Of a stretch of DNA of 64,000 bases, positions 1 to 8,875 are shown piece by piece. The notes under the pieces are model-generated. The model was not told the origin of the DNA, made no database searches, and saw only the letters and a program-made list of their open reading frames with translations. Position 1 is the first letter of the stretch, and each line of letters begins with the position of its first letter. The stretch lies in NCBI RefSeq assembly GCF_048403405.1, contig NZ_CP183129.1, one strand, 5' to 3'. The translations under genes were made by a program, and so were the position numbers. The DNA is from Escherichia coli (GTDB lineage Bacteria > Pseudomonadota > Gammaproteobacteria > Enterobacterales > Enterobacteriaceae).

Positions 1-784
1 TTTTGCTTGAGTTGGCTAGTTTTCGGATGAAATCAATGTCATTACCTTTATAAAAAACAGCCTTTGTATCTGTAGATACTAGCCAGTTTCGCTCAACTGC
101 TTTCTGTTTATCAAGGCGATAAAGCATGCTGGTTTGTTCAAGGCCTAAATATACATCCCAACTAAGAAATACTTCGGTTTTCTTTTCTCGGCAAGCTATA
201 AAAAGAGTAGGAGTAACCGCTTCTCCAAATGGAGTTCTGATATAATCATCACTTTCTAACGATAAAATTACATTTTTCGAATCATCAATTGGCGATGTAG
301 TAATGGATGTGTGCCATTTTCCTACATCTGTGGCTTTCTCTAATTTTGATTCAGCTTGAGCGATTTTATCCTGTGGGAATAGTTTATCGTAGCAGTTTAG
401 TCTGGCTTCTTTATCATTTTCTGCACGACATTTAGATATCTCAGAAAGATTTGGTTGCTGAGCCTCTGTTGTTACTGGCTTTTCCGTTTTAGATTTTGAG
501 TTTACAGATGGAGTAAATGTTGGAGAAAAGAAACGATCATAACAAGATAAACGTCTATCATCATCTTTCTCATCAGGGCATTGATCTCTGCTTTCGAATT
601 TTTCAGCAACTTTCGTTCGAGTCGGTTGTATTGACTTATCGTAACAAGAAAGTCTGTCTTTATTATTTTCTATTGCTCGGCACTGGAGTACTGCATTGAA
701 GTTCTTATGTTCAGTTGCTGCTTGAACAGGCAGTACACTAATTGATATAAATGATGCACCTATAGAAAAAATTATATTTTTCAT
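1..784 (-). CDS. VasI/TagO-like secreted protein; N-terminus complete, C-terminus runs off the window
   Basis: Absent from the ORF track because there is no stop in the window. Read by hand on the minus strand from ATG 784-782, with no in-frame stop down to nt 2 (261 codons). MKNIIFSIGASFISISVLPVQAA is signal-peptide-like. There are three C..RL(S/N)CYD motifs, then GKWHTSITTSPIDDSKNVILSLES...TPTLFIACREKKTEVFLSWDVYLG, a pattern I recognise as the T6SS-associated VasI domain. The start lies 4 nt after the stop of the 789-1121 gene. Confidence 0.55.
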   Translation of the reverse strand, partial: MKNIIFSIGASFISISVLPVQAATEHKNFNAVLQCRAIENNKDRLSCYDKSIQPTRTKVAEKFESRDQCPDEKDDDRRLSCYDRFFSPTFTPSVNSKSKTEKPVTTEAQQPNLSEISKCRAENDKEARLNCYDKLFPQDKIAQAESKLEKATDVGKWHTSITTSPIDDSKNVILSLESDDYIRTPFGEAVTPTLFIACREKKTEVFLSWDVYLGLEQTSMLYRLDKQKAVERNWLVSTDTKAVFYKGNDIDFIRKLANSSK

Positions 785-788
785 TTTA

Positions 789-1121
789 TTATCCCTTTGG
801 TTTAGTAAGAAATACTAAAATTCCGATAATGATATCGCCAATAACCCATAAGCTTCCAATGGTAATTAAACCTAAGCCTGTACCAATAACTGCACCGGCT
901 TTTTCGGCATCGGATGTGGCATTATTTATTATTTCACTAGTGCCTCCTAGTCCAACTAAAAGCGTATAGATCATAAAAATATTAAATAATATAAAAACCC
1001 ACTTAATGATCCGTCCAAAAAATGAACGCTTAAGTTTTTGCAGTTGTTTACCACAAGCAGGGCAATACAATGCTGAATCGCTCACCTCTTTCTGGCATTC
1101 AGGACATTTGATTAATGCCAT
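789..1121 (-). CDS. zinc-ribbon membrane protein (CPEC...CPAC N-terminus plus hydrophobic helices)
   Basis: ORF track 110 aa. The N-terminus MALIKCPECQKEVSDSALYCPACGK is a 4-Cys zinc ribbon, followed by 2-3 hydrophobic segments. It is AT-rich and tightly coupled to the downstream VasI-like ORF. Confidence 0.7.
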   Translation of the reverse strand: MALIKCPECQKEVSDSALYCPACGKQLQKLKRSFFGRIIKWVFILFNIFMIYTLLVGLGGTSEIINNATSDAEKAGAVIGTGLGLITIGSLWVIGDIIIGILVFLTKPKG

Positions 1122-1383
1122 GTAATCCGCCTCCTTTGGATTAATACGAGTTGATATTTGTTACAAAACATTTTGATTTTATCAGATTTATTTTTATTGA
1201 TAAGTGTCAATTGATTAGCTGGTATAGAGTGAGGCATATAGAAGGGCTGGTCTGTATCAGTATGTGATGCAAAAATCCCACAGTTTCATGGAATTTTTGC
1301 ATTTAGAGCTGTGAGATAGGGTGCCTTATCGACCTTACCCTGGCAACCGATTGACGGGGGATTACTCCCCCGTCGCGGTTTCC

Positions 1384-1524
1384 TTACTGCTTACACTGTA
1401 AGAACGCCGCAAACTCCGCTCCCCAGAAGCTCATCCGTATTTCACACAGCGAACCGTGCAGCATCCAGATGATGAGGATTACCGTCACGCAGAACGTGAT
1501 GGCCGTAAGCGATTTTTGCGACAT
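1384..1524 (-). CDS. Hok/Gef-family type I toxin (46 aa)
   Basis: Below the ORF-track size cutoff. Hand translation gives MSQKSLTAITFCVTVILIIWMLHGSLCEIRMSFWGAEFAAFLQCKQ. It has a TM helix, then SLCEIR, then a G.EFAAF..C signature like Hok (SLCEIR...EVAAFMAYE). An AAGGAG lies 7 nt upstream of the ATG. A strong hairpin GACGGGGGA-GUAA-UCCCCCGUC at 1353-1374 follows the stop. Confidence 0.7.
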   Translation of the reverse strand: MSQKSLTAITFCVTVILIIWMLHGSLCEIRMSFWGAEFAAFLQCKQ

Positions 1525-1714
1525 AGCGCTTGCTCCTTTTTCGGGGAGGCGCTAACCTATCACTTGCTTAGGGTAGACGGTTAGGGCCTCGGTTAAACAA
1601 AAGTGTTTTCCGGGGCCTTTCCACATCCGGCCATCGGGTATTCCCTCCGACCATCAGCCGAAAGGCACCCGCGCGTAATCTATCGCTTTTTTGTTACTCC
1701 GGCAATTCTGCCTG

Positions 1715-1975
1715 TTAATTCTGAGGTAAAGGCAAACTCATCTGATTGTTTCCCCTGTGTGAAGCTGGCAGCTCATGCCACGGGATACCTTCTGAAGAGT
1801 GAACGCCGGAGGCGTGTTTTGATGTGAATTTATGGAAGGCTTCCAGTGTTGAGAAGCATACGCCGCATTCCAGATTGTTACACTGGTAATACTTTTGCCG
1901 CACGGTGTTTGAATCATTTTCCGGACGACTGGTGCGGATACGGGCAGATGCGCCACAAAGCGGACAACGGAACAT
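1715..1975 (-). CDS. ogr: Ogr/Delta-family zinc-finger late transcription activator
   Basis: MFRCPLCGASARIRTSR...YYQCNNLECGVCFST matches the P2 Ogr pattern (MFHCPLC...RTSR...YHQCQNVNCSATF). It sits next to gene D as in P2. Confidence 0.9.
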   Translation of the reverse strand: MFRCPLCGASARIRTSRPENDSNTVRQKYYQCNNLECGVCFSTLEAFHKFTSKHASGVHSSEGIPWHELPASHRGNNQMSLPLPQN

Positions 1976-2017
1976 AGCGACCTCCCTTAACGTGGTGCTG
2001 CCGCTATTCTAAGTTGC

Positions 2018-3127
2018 TCACTCTGTTTCCGCTATCCATTCCGGGATTTTTGCCTCAAGCTCAAGCTGCGTGGTAAAGCCGCTGTTATCAATAGTGTGCT
2101 CGGCTTTTGCAATGATCCAGTCCTGATTATCAATCTCGCTTTTAAATCCTGTTACCGTACCATGCATTTCGGGGTAGAGTTCTGCACGTCCACGCGCCAG
2201 CGTGATGGAGAATGATGCGGCTCCGCGTTGTAGTTGCTGCCACTTTGCCGCCGCTGCGCGTCTTGCTGCCTGTTCGTTCTGATAGGTCTTGCGTAACACA
2301 AACACATTGCCTTCCGCGCCTTCCATATAATCACCTTCACGGCTGCTGCTTTTCTCCTTTTGGGGTTTTGGTGGTTTGCGGCGTTTCACGCTGACTTTTT
2401 TCTTTTCCCCGTAATTAAGATCAAGCCAGTAGGCGCGTACCCCCGTATACGCCTCGCGGTCAGCAATACGGAACTGATGGCGATCGCCGCTGCTGCGTGT
2501 AATGGCGAACGAGGGCAACGGCTGGCCCTGTGCGTTCACGCCACCACCTGGCATGATGAATAACAGATTGCCGCTTTTTACCGTGGTGATTGCGCCCAGC
2601 ATTTCCGCCATGCGCGTAAGGAAGGACATGTCGCTTTCTTCGGTCTGGTCGGCGTGGTCGATTTCGATATCCATCAGCATTTCGCTGATTTGTGGTTTCA
2701 GACCATACCGATGAGCGATGGCGGATACCACACGCTCAACGGTCACATCATGCCAGGACACCTCACGTTTAACGTTAAATTCATCCCGAAAATCTGCGCT
2801 TCTGGCTGAAACAGTCAGCCTGTCCGGCGGTCCTTCGTGAGCGATTTCATCAACAATGTAAGTGCCTTTTTCTGTCAGCGGTTCTCCTTTCCAGCCAATG
2901 AGAACCGTCAGGCGCGCGCCCCGTGGCGGTAGCTGCAACTGACCATCCGCATCATCCAGCGTGATGGTGAGCTGGTCCGCCTCAAATCCCCGGTTGTCGG
3001 TCAGTGACAGGCTCATCAGGCGCTCTGCCACGCCTGACAGCGTTTTACCCTCCGCGAGAATATCAAAATCCGGCATTTTCACGGGGTCTGTGCCCTGACT
3101 GAGCAATTGCATGGTGGTGTCGGTCAT
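2018..3127 (-). CDS. D: tail protein gpD (late control D family)
   Basis: The ORF-track 413-aa frame was trimmed to ATG 3127, which is preceded by AGGGAGGGAACAG. The protein MTDTTMQLLSQGTDPVKMPDFDILAEGK... is the P2 D family. Confidence 0.88.
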   Translation of the reverse strand: MTDTTMQLLSQGTDPVKMPDFDILAEGKTLSGVAERLMSLSLTDNRGFEADQLTITLDDADGQLQLPPRGARLTVLIGWKGEPLTEKGTYIVDEIAHEGPPDRLTVSARSADFRDEFNVKREVSWHDVTVERVVSAIAHRYGLKPQISEMLMDIEIDHADQTEESDMSFLTRMAEMLGAITTVKSGNLLFIMPGGGVNAQGQPLPSFAITRSSGDRHQFRIADREAYTGVRAYWLDLNYGEKKKVSVKRRKPPKPQKEKSSSREGDYMEGAEGNVFVLRKTYQNEQAARRAAAAKWQQLQRGAASFSITLARGRAELYPEMHGTVTGFKSEIDNQDWIIAKAEHTIDNSGFTTQLELEAKIPEWIAETE

Positions 3128-3181
3128 CTGTTCCCTCCCTGTGCGGCATGGTCGCATGTGCGTGCGGAGGGGGTTACTGCT

Positions 3182-3207
3182 TTTTGTTGTCGCCGGGTCG
3201 GGAGAAC
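3182..3207 (+). promoter_or_regulatory. candidate late-promoter activator box TTTTGTTGT-N12-AGAAC upstream of FI
   Basis: The same 9-mer, N12 spacing and AGAAC recur upstream of terminase gene P (22101-22126). It resembles the TGT-N12-ACA Ogr site of P2 late promoters and is centred about 90 nt before the FI ATG. Confidence 0.3.
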
Positions 3208-3284
3208 GGCGCAGGGGTGAGATTACGCGCGTGGTGGGTGATGATTGTTGCCGAATCATTTAACGGATACAAGGGGCTGAAGCT

Positions 3285-4469
3285 ATGAGTGAAACTCGTT
3301 TTCATGGTGCCCGTGTTACGGAAAATACCGACCTGGTAACAGCGATTAACGATGTTGATTCCAGCGTTATCGGTATCGTGGCAACGGCGGATGATGCGGA
3401 CGCGAAGCTGTTCCCGCTGAATAAGCCCACACTGCTGACCCGCGTCAATGACGTGCTGGGAAAATGCGGGACAACGGGGACGCTTTATCGTGCGCTTAAG
3501 GCCATCGCAGACCAGGTGAGCACAAAGGTGATCGTCGTTCGCGTGGCTGAACACAAAGAAGAAGACGGAAAGACGCAGGATCAACTGGTTATCGGTGGTT
3601 CTGAGGATGACGGCAGCTATACGGGGATGTATGCGCTGCTTGTTGCAGAGCAGGATGAAAGCATCGGATACCGTCCGCGTATTCTGGCCGCGCCGGAGCT
3701 GGACACGGAGGCTGTAACAAAATCCCTGTGCGTGATTGCAGGTAAACTGCGCGCGTTTGTGTATGCCTCATGTCACGGCTGTAACACGATGGCTGAGGCG
3801 ATTACCTACCGCCAGAAATTCAACGAACGTGAGGTGATGCTCTTATGGCCGGACTTCATCGCCTACAACCCGAAAAGTGGCAAAAACGAAACGTTCCCCG
3901 CGCCTGCCTATGCGTGCGGCCTTCGTGCGTACATTGACCATGAGCAGGGCTGGCACAAATCGCTGTCCAACGTTCCGGTTAAAAATGTGCTGGGAATGTC
4001 CAGGCATGTGTTCTGGTCGTTGCAGGCCGAAGACAGCGATGCCAACAGCCTCAACAACAAAGAAATCACGACCATTATTCGTCGCAACGGGTTCCGCTTC
4101 TGGGGCAACCGCACACCGGAAACGAACGCCTACATCTTTGAGGTGTATACCCGAACCGCACAGGTGCTGGCTGATTCAATTGCGGAAGCGCAGTTTGAAA
4201 CCATCGACAGTCCACTGACACCTGCGAACGTGAAGGATGTTATCAGCGCCATCAGGGCAAAACTGGATTCGCTGGTTACTGCCGGGAAACTGATTGGTGT
4301 GGAGTGCTGGTATGACGTGGTGGATAACGGCACCACGAATTTACGTCAGGGACGTGTGCGTATTCGCTACAAATATACGCCTGTTCCCCCGCTGGAAGAC
4401 ATGGAGCTTTACCAGACGTTTACTGATGAATTCTTTGGTCCCGCATTTGCGGTGCTGGGAGGTGCCTGA
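3285..4469 (+). CDS. FI: contractile tail sheath protein
   Basis: ORF track 394 aa, P2 FI family. It is followed by the tube gene with a TGATG overlap. Confidence 0.95.
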   Translation: MSETRFHGARVTENTDLVTAINDVDSSVIGIVATADDADAKLFPLNKPTLLTRVNDVLGKCGTTGTLYRALKAIADQVSTKVIVVRVAEHKEEDGKTQDQLVIGGSEDDGSYTGMYALLVAEQDESIGYRPRILAAPELDTEAVTKSLCVIAGKLRAFVYASCHGCNTMAEAITYRQKFNEREVMLLWPDFIAYNPKSGKNETFPAPAYACGLRAYIDHEQGWHKSLSNVPVKNVLGMSRHVFWSLQAEDSDANSLNNKEITTIIRRNGFRFWGNRTPETNAYIFEVYTRTAQVLADSIAEAQFETIDSPLTPANVKDVISAIRAKLDSLVTAGKLIGVECWYDVVDNGTTNLRQGRVRIRYKYTPVPPLEDMELYQTFTDEFFGPAFAVLGGA

Positions 4470-4981
4470 TGGCTGTACCAAAACATCTTCGCTTTTTTAC
4501 GTTGTTTGTGGATGGTGAAAACGAAGTGGGTAAAGTGACATCCGTCACGCCGCCCAAACTGACGCGCAAAACCGACAGCTATCGTGGTGGTGGCATGATG
4601 GGGGCGGTAAGTATTGATCTCGGTCTGGACGACTCCGCGCTTGATGCGAGTTTTGTCATGGGGGGAGCTGTTCGTGCGCTGTTCCTTAAATATGGCGGCA
4701 CGATTGACGGCACGCTGCTGCGTTTTGCGGGTGAATACTACACCGATGCAGAAAGCGATCTGTATGAAATCGAGATGCGCGGGCGTGTGACGGAAATTGA
4801 TATGGGGGAAGCCAAACAGGGCGAAGCCACATCACACACTTACGCTGTCAAAAACACCTACTACAAGCTGAGCGTTAACGATCGCCCGCTGTGGGAAATC
4901 GACCTGTTGAACCACATCTACCGGAAGGACGGCAAGGACATTGTGCCTGACCGTATCCGTTCCGCGCTTGGGCTTGGCTGA
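4469..4981 (+). CDS. FII: tail tube protein
   Basis: ORF track 170 aa (MAVPKHLRFFTLFVDGENEVGKVTSVTPPKLTRKT...), P2 FII family. Confidence 0.95.
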   Translation: MAVPKHLRFFTLFVDGENEVGKVTSVTPPKLTRKTDSYRGGGMMGAVSIDLGLDDSALDASFVMGGAVRALFLKYGGTIDGTLLRFAGEYYTDAESDLYEIEMRGRVTEIDMGEAKQGEATSHTYAVKNTYYKLSVNDRPLWEIDLLNHIYRKDGKDIVPDRIRSALGLG

Positions 4982-5036
4982 TAAGTAATATGCAGGCGGC
5001 GCAGTGCGTCGCCTCTGACTGAAAAGGAGACAACTG

Positions 5037-5411
5037 ATGAAAGACATCGATACTGAAACCCGGAATAACACCGTGGCGGATGATGTGACGGCAGGTGAGG
5101 ATATGGCTGTCGAACGTGGCGTAAAACTGACCCGACCAATTGAGCGTGGTGGCGAAAAAATCACGTATGTGGAGATCACCGGGGCTATTGAGCAGGCTGG
5201 ATCCCTGCGTGGTCTGTCGCTGTCTGATGTGCTGAATCTGAAAGCGGATACCATGTTTACGCTGTTGCCTCGCGTGACCTCGCCACGACTGGATGAAGTG
5301 ATGATTAAAAAAATGTCGTCACGCGATTTTATTCAGTTGTGCGCTGTGGCTGTAAATTTTATGAGCGAGCCAGACTCTGGCGCGAAGAGCGTGCAGGAGA
5401 CGGCAGCGTAA
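5037..5411 (+). CDS. E: tail assembly chaperone gpE
   Basis: Position and size between the tube gene and the tape measure gene; ORF track 124 aa. Confidence 0.8.
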   Translation: MKDIDTETRNNTVADDVTAGEDMAVERGVKLTRPIERGGEKITYVEITGAIEQAGSLRGLSLSDVLNLKADTMFTLLPRVTSPRLDEVMIKKMSSRDFIQLCAVAVNFMSEPDSGAKSVQETAA

Positions 5412-5575
5412 TCACCCTGGTGTGCTTTGAGCACATCGAAGATCTGGTGGCGGATATTGCCGCCATTTTTAACTGGTCGCCCGCCGAAATCTTCATGATG
5501 ACGCCCGGCGAAGTGGTTAGCTGGCGCGAGCGGGCGGCACTTCGCAGCGGGAATGCAGATAATGAAGACTCTTGA
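5037..5575 (+). CDS. E+E': gpE+E' fusion made by programmed -1 frameshift on an A7 run (5307-5313)
   Basis: The -1 frame is open from 5309 to 5575 (ORF-track 5339..5575 is its tail). The slippery AAAAAAA lies in the E frame (AUU AAA AAA AUG). This is analogous to P2 E/E+E' and lambda G/GT. Confidence 0.6.
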
Positions 5576-8369
5576 TATCCGGGTCGCTTTCAGCGCCGTT
5601 GACAGGCTGACCCGGCCTGCCGAAAACGCCCGCCGCCTGATGGGGCAGTTTGGTGACTCCATCCAGCGAACGCAGGGGGCGATCAAAAATCTCGAGCGTC
5701 AGGCGCGTTCATTTGAGCGCGCCCGTGACGCTGTCAGTAAAGCGGATGCTGGCATCGTGAAAGCACGACGCCAGCTTAACGCCCTTAATCAGTTACAACG
5801 CACGGGTACAGTGCTCAGCGAAAAACAACAAAAGCTGATGCAGCAGTTAAGCACCCGGCTTGAACGCCTGAATGAATCGCGCACACGGGAAATTCAGAAA
5901 ATGCGGGAGCTTGGCGGAGAGCTGAAACGCCACGGCATTTCCCTGACAGGCAGCGATAACACCATCCAGCAGGCCATCAGACGCACCGAACAGTACAACA
6001 ACCAGCTTGAACGCGAACGGCAGGCGCTTGCGCGTGTAACGCGGGCGCGTGAGCGGTATTCGCGCGCGCAGGAAACAGCGGGAAAACTGAAAACAGGTGG
6101 TGCGCTGGCAATTGGTGCGGCAGCGGCGGGCGGCTATGCTGCCGGGCGTTTTTTGCAGCCTGCGATCGGGTTCGGCAAAGAGATGTCCCGCGTTCAGGCA
6201 CTGACGCGAATCGACCAGAACAGCCCGCAGTTTAAGGCGCTGCGTGAGCAGGCGTTAAAACTTGGCTCTGAAACGCAGTTCACCGCAGGCGATGCCGCCA
6301 GTGGACAGGCATTTCTTGCAATGGCTGGCTTCACTCCGCAGGCCATTCAGGCTGCGCTTCCCGGCGTGCTGAGCATGGCAACGGCTGGCGGTATGGATCT
6401 CGGCGAGACGGCAGATATTGGCTCAAATATCCTGACGCAGTTCGGCCTTTCTGCTGACCAGATGGACCGGGTCGGTGACACACTCACCGCAGCGTTTACC
6501 CGTACCAACACTGACCTTCGCGCACTGGGCGAAACCATGAAATATGCAGGTCCGGTGGCGGGTAAGCTGGGAATATCGCTGGAGCAGGCCGCAGCGATGG
6601 CTGGCGTGCTGGCGAATATGGGCATCAGAGGGAGTGATGCCGGGACGGCAATGCGTGCCAGCCTGGCTCGTCTGGCATCACCGCCAAAGGCGGCGGCAGA
6701 AGCTCTGAAAGAGCTGGGCGTGTCCGTCTCGGATGCCGGGGGCAAAATGCGCCCGATGGAGGATGTGCTGGCCGACCTTTATAAAGCCACCCGTAAATAC
6801 GGGGAAGTTGACCGGGTATCGTTCTTTAAGGACATTGCCGGAGAAGAGGCTTTCACATCGTTTATGGCGCTCGTTGATGCAGCGGGTGACGGTTCCTTAC
6901 CCAAACTGAGAAAAGAACTTGAAGGCGCGCGCGGTGAGGCTGAACGCACAGCAAAGGTTATGGCCAACAACCTTGACGGCGATCTGAAATCACTCGGCAG
7001 TGCATGGGAAGGGTTGCGCATCCGCATTGCAGATCTGATTGACGGTCCGCTGCGTTCTGTCACGCAGTGGCTCACGCGGGTGGTCTCAAAAGTGACGGCA
7101 CTGGCGCAGGCCCATCCGGCACTGACGCGCCAGTTACTGATAGCGGGAGGTGCACTGCTGGCGACAACAGCAACGGTTGGTTCGTTGTCTCTGGTTATTG
7201 GGGTGCTTCACGGGAAGCTGGCTACGTTACGTCTCGGTTTTTCTCTCCTGACCGGATCAATGAATGCTGTCAGGGGCCTGCCAGCACTATGGGGAATGGT
7301 GACGGGTTCCGTTTCTTTACTGGGAGGCGCTATCGGGGCGCTGATCAGTCCGGTTGGTCTTATCGTGGCTGCGCTTGCCGGAGCTGCCGTTCTTATCTGG
7401 AAATACTGGGATCCCATCAGGGCATTTTTTGCCGGGGTGTTCAGCGGGATTATGGAAAGGCTGACCCCGTTGCGCGAAACCTTTGAACGGTTTGGTCCTG
7501 TTTTTGACGCAATCGGAAGCGGGATCAGCCAGGTGTTTAACTGGTTTAAATCGCTGCTGTCACCGATGGAGTCCAGCAAGGAAACGCTGGATAAATGTAC
7601 CAGTGCTGGCGAGATATTCGGTAACGTTCTTGGCGGTGCGTTACAGCTTGTTCTGACACCTGCAAAAATGCTACTGGATACGCTGGCGTGGATACTTGAA
7701 AAACTTGGCGTCCTTCCGGATGAAGCGGAAAAGGCGCGCAAGAAAATCGAAGACGCACAGCGTGCGGCCATTCTTCAGGACAAGGTTGCCTTGCTTCAGG
7801 GGGACCTTGCGAAAATCAATCCGCCGAAGCCTGTGGAAAATGGCAATGGCACCGGAGGTGATAAACCCAAAGACAACAAACCGCTCACAGACAGCAATAC
7901 CGGGACGCTACGCAGACTCAGCAAAATTGCTGATAACACAGGTAAGCTGGTTGATGAGACGAAAAAACGCATTGGCCCTGGCGATATTGTCTTTAAGAAC
8001 CTGCCCCGCGCACTTGCTGTTCGTGGGGAGTGGCAGGAGCGGAAGATTGCGCAGGTCAGTAAGCCTGCCCCCGCAATTAATATCACACCCGTAGTCCCGG
8101 CTCCGCTGCCTCCGGCGCTGGTCCCTGTTGTTGCGGCCAGCTCCCGCCCGGTGGCGGAGGCCATACGATCGCCAGTGGCATCAGTTCCTGCAGCTTCCCG
8201 TAATCGGGAGCCTGCTGTCTCCAGATTTGGCGGTGAAATTCATGTTCATCTGCATAACGTTGTTACGCAGAATCCCCGCGAACTGGCGAAACTGGTCGGT
8301 GAAATGGTCAGGGCAGAGATGGAACGGCGCGCCCGTGCCGGACGTGGCAGTTTTTACGATAAAGATTGA
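5553..8369 (+). CDS. T: tail tape measure protein
   Basis: ORF track 938 aa with coiled-coil and Gly/Ala-rich hydrophobic segments, in the position after E/E'. The start could be ATG 5562. Confidence 0.9.
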   Translation: MQIMKTLDIRVAFSAVDRLTRPAENARRLMGQFGDSIQRTQGAIKNLERQARSFERARDAVSKADAGIVKARRQLNALNQLQRTGTVLSEKQQKLMQQLSTRLERLNESRTREIQKMRELGGELKRHGISLTGSDNTIQQAIRRTEQYNNQLERERQALARVTRARERYSRAQETAGKLKTGGALAIGAAAAGGYAAGRFLQPAIGFGKEMSRVQALTRIDQNSPQFKALREQALKLGSETQFTAGDAASGQAFLAMAGFTPQAIQAALPGVLSMATAGGMDLGETADIGSNILTQFGLSADQMDRVGDTLTAAFTRTNTDLRALGETMKYAGPVAGKLGISLEQAAAMAGVLANMGIRGSDAGTAMRASLARLASPPKAAAEALKELGVSVSDAGGKMRPMEDVLADLYKATRKYGEVDRVSFFKDIAGEEAFTSFMALVDAAGDGSLPKLRKELEGARGEAERTAKVMANNLDGDLKSLGSAWEGLRIRIADLIDGPLRSVTQWLTRVVSKVTALAQAHPALTRQLLIAGGALLATTATVGSLSLVIGVLHGKLATLRLGFSLLTGSMNAVRGLPALWGMVTGSVSLLGGAIGALISPVGLIVAALAGAAVLIWKYWDPIRAFFAGVFSGIMERLTPLRETFERFGPVFDAIGSGISQVFNWFKSLLSPMESSKETLDKCTSAGEIFGNVLGGALQLVLTPAKMLLDTLAWILEKLGVLPDEAEKARKKIEDAQRAAILQDKVALLQGDLAKINPPKPVENGNGTGGDKPKDNKPLTDSNTGTLRRLSKIADNTGKLVDETKKRIGPGDIVFKNLPRALAVRGEWQERKIAQVSKPAPAINITPVVPAPLPPALVPVVAASSRPVAEAIRSPVASVPAASRNREPAVSRFGGEIHVHLHNVVTQNPRELAKLVGEMVRAEMERRARAGRGSFYDKD

Positions 8370-8375
8370 GGAGTC

Positions 8376-8870
8376 ATGGTCATGATGATGATCTACGGCA
8401 TGTTTGTTTTTGAGCTGCGCACACTGCCGCATCAGCAGTTACAGCAAAACAAAAGCTGGCGGCATGTGAAAAATGAACGCGTTAACCGTTCAGCAAGCTG
8501 GCAGTATATAGGTGCAGGTGATGATCGCATTGTGCTTTCCGGCGTGCTTTATCCTGAAATTACAGGTGGCGAAGTGTCGCTTTCGTTGCTGACCACGCAG
8601 GCATATACAGGACGCCCCTGGCCTCTGATTGATGGTGTCGGGCAGATTTACGGCATGTATGTGCTGACTGAAACGAATACGACCCGTTCCGAGTTTGATC
8701 GCTACGGTAAGGCGAAAAAGATAGAATTTTCACTGACCCTTGAACGCTGTGATGAGGATTTGCGGGAGCGCCTGCAATCCTCATCATTCAGCGATATGCT
8801 GTCCGGCTTCAAAGATAAGGTGACATCATCTCTTAACAGCGCGGCCAGTTCAGTTAAAGGGCTGTTCTGA
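8376..8870 (+). CDS. U: tail protein gpU
   Basis: MVMMMIYGMFVFELRTLPHQQLQQNKSWRH... resembles P2 U. ORF track 164 aa. Confidence 0.9.
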   Translation: MVMMMIYGMFVFELRTLPHQQLQQNKSWRHVKNERVNRSASWQYIGAGDDRIVLSGVLYPEITGGEVSLSLLTTQAYTGRPWPLIDGVGQIYGMYVLTETNTTRSEFDRYGKAKKIEFSLTLERCDEDLRERLQSSSFSDMLSGFKDKVTSSLNSAASSVKGLF

Positions 8871-8875
8871 TTTAA

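Noticed and set aside
1247-1270. Possible attR core (GGTCTGTATCAGTATGTGATG) similar to 36507-36527 (TATCTGTATGATTATGAATG)
   Set aside because: The match is only patchy and in AT-rich sequence. It cannot be distinguished from chance without an empty-site reference, so the prophage ends are left approximate.
5339-5575. 78-aa ORF listed separately in the track
   Set aside because: It is not an independent gene. It is the -1 frame extension (E') reached by frameshifting from gpE on the A7 run at 5307-5313.
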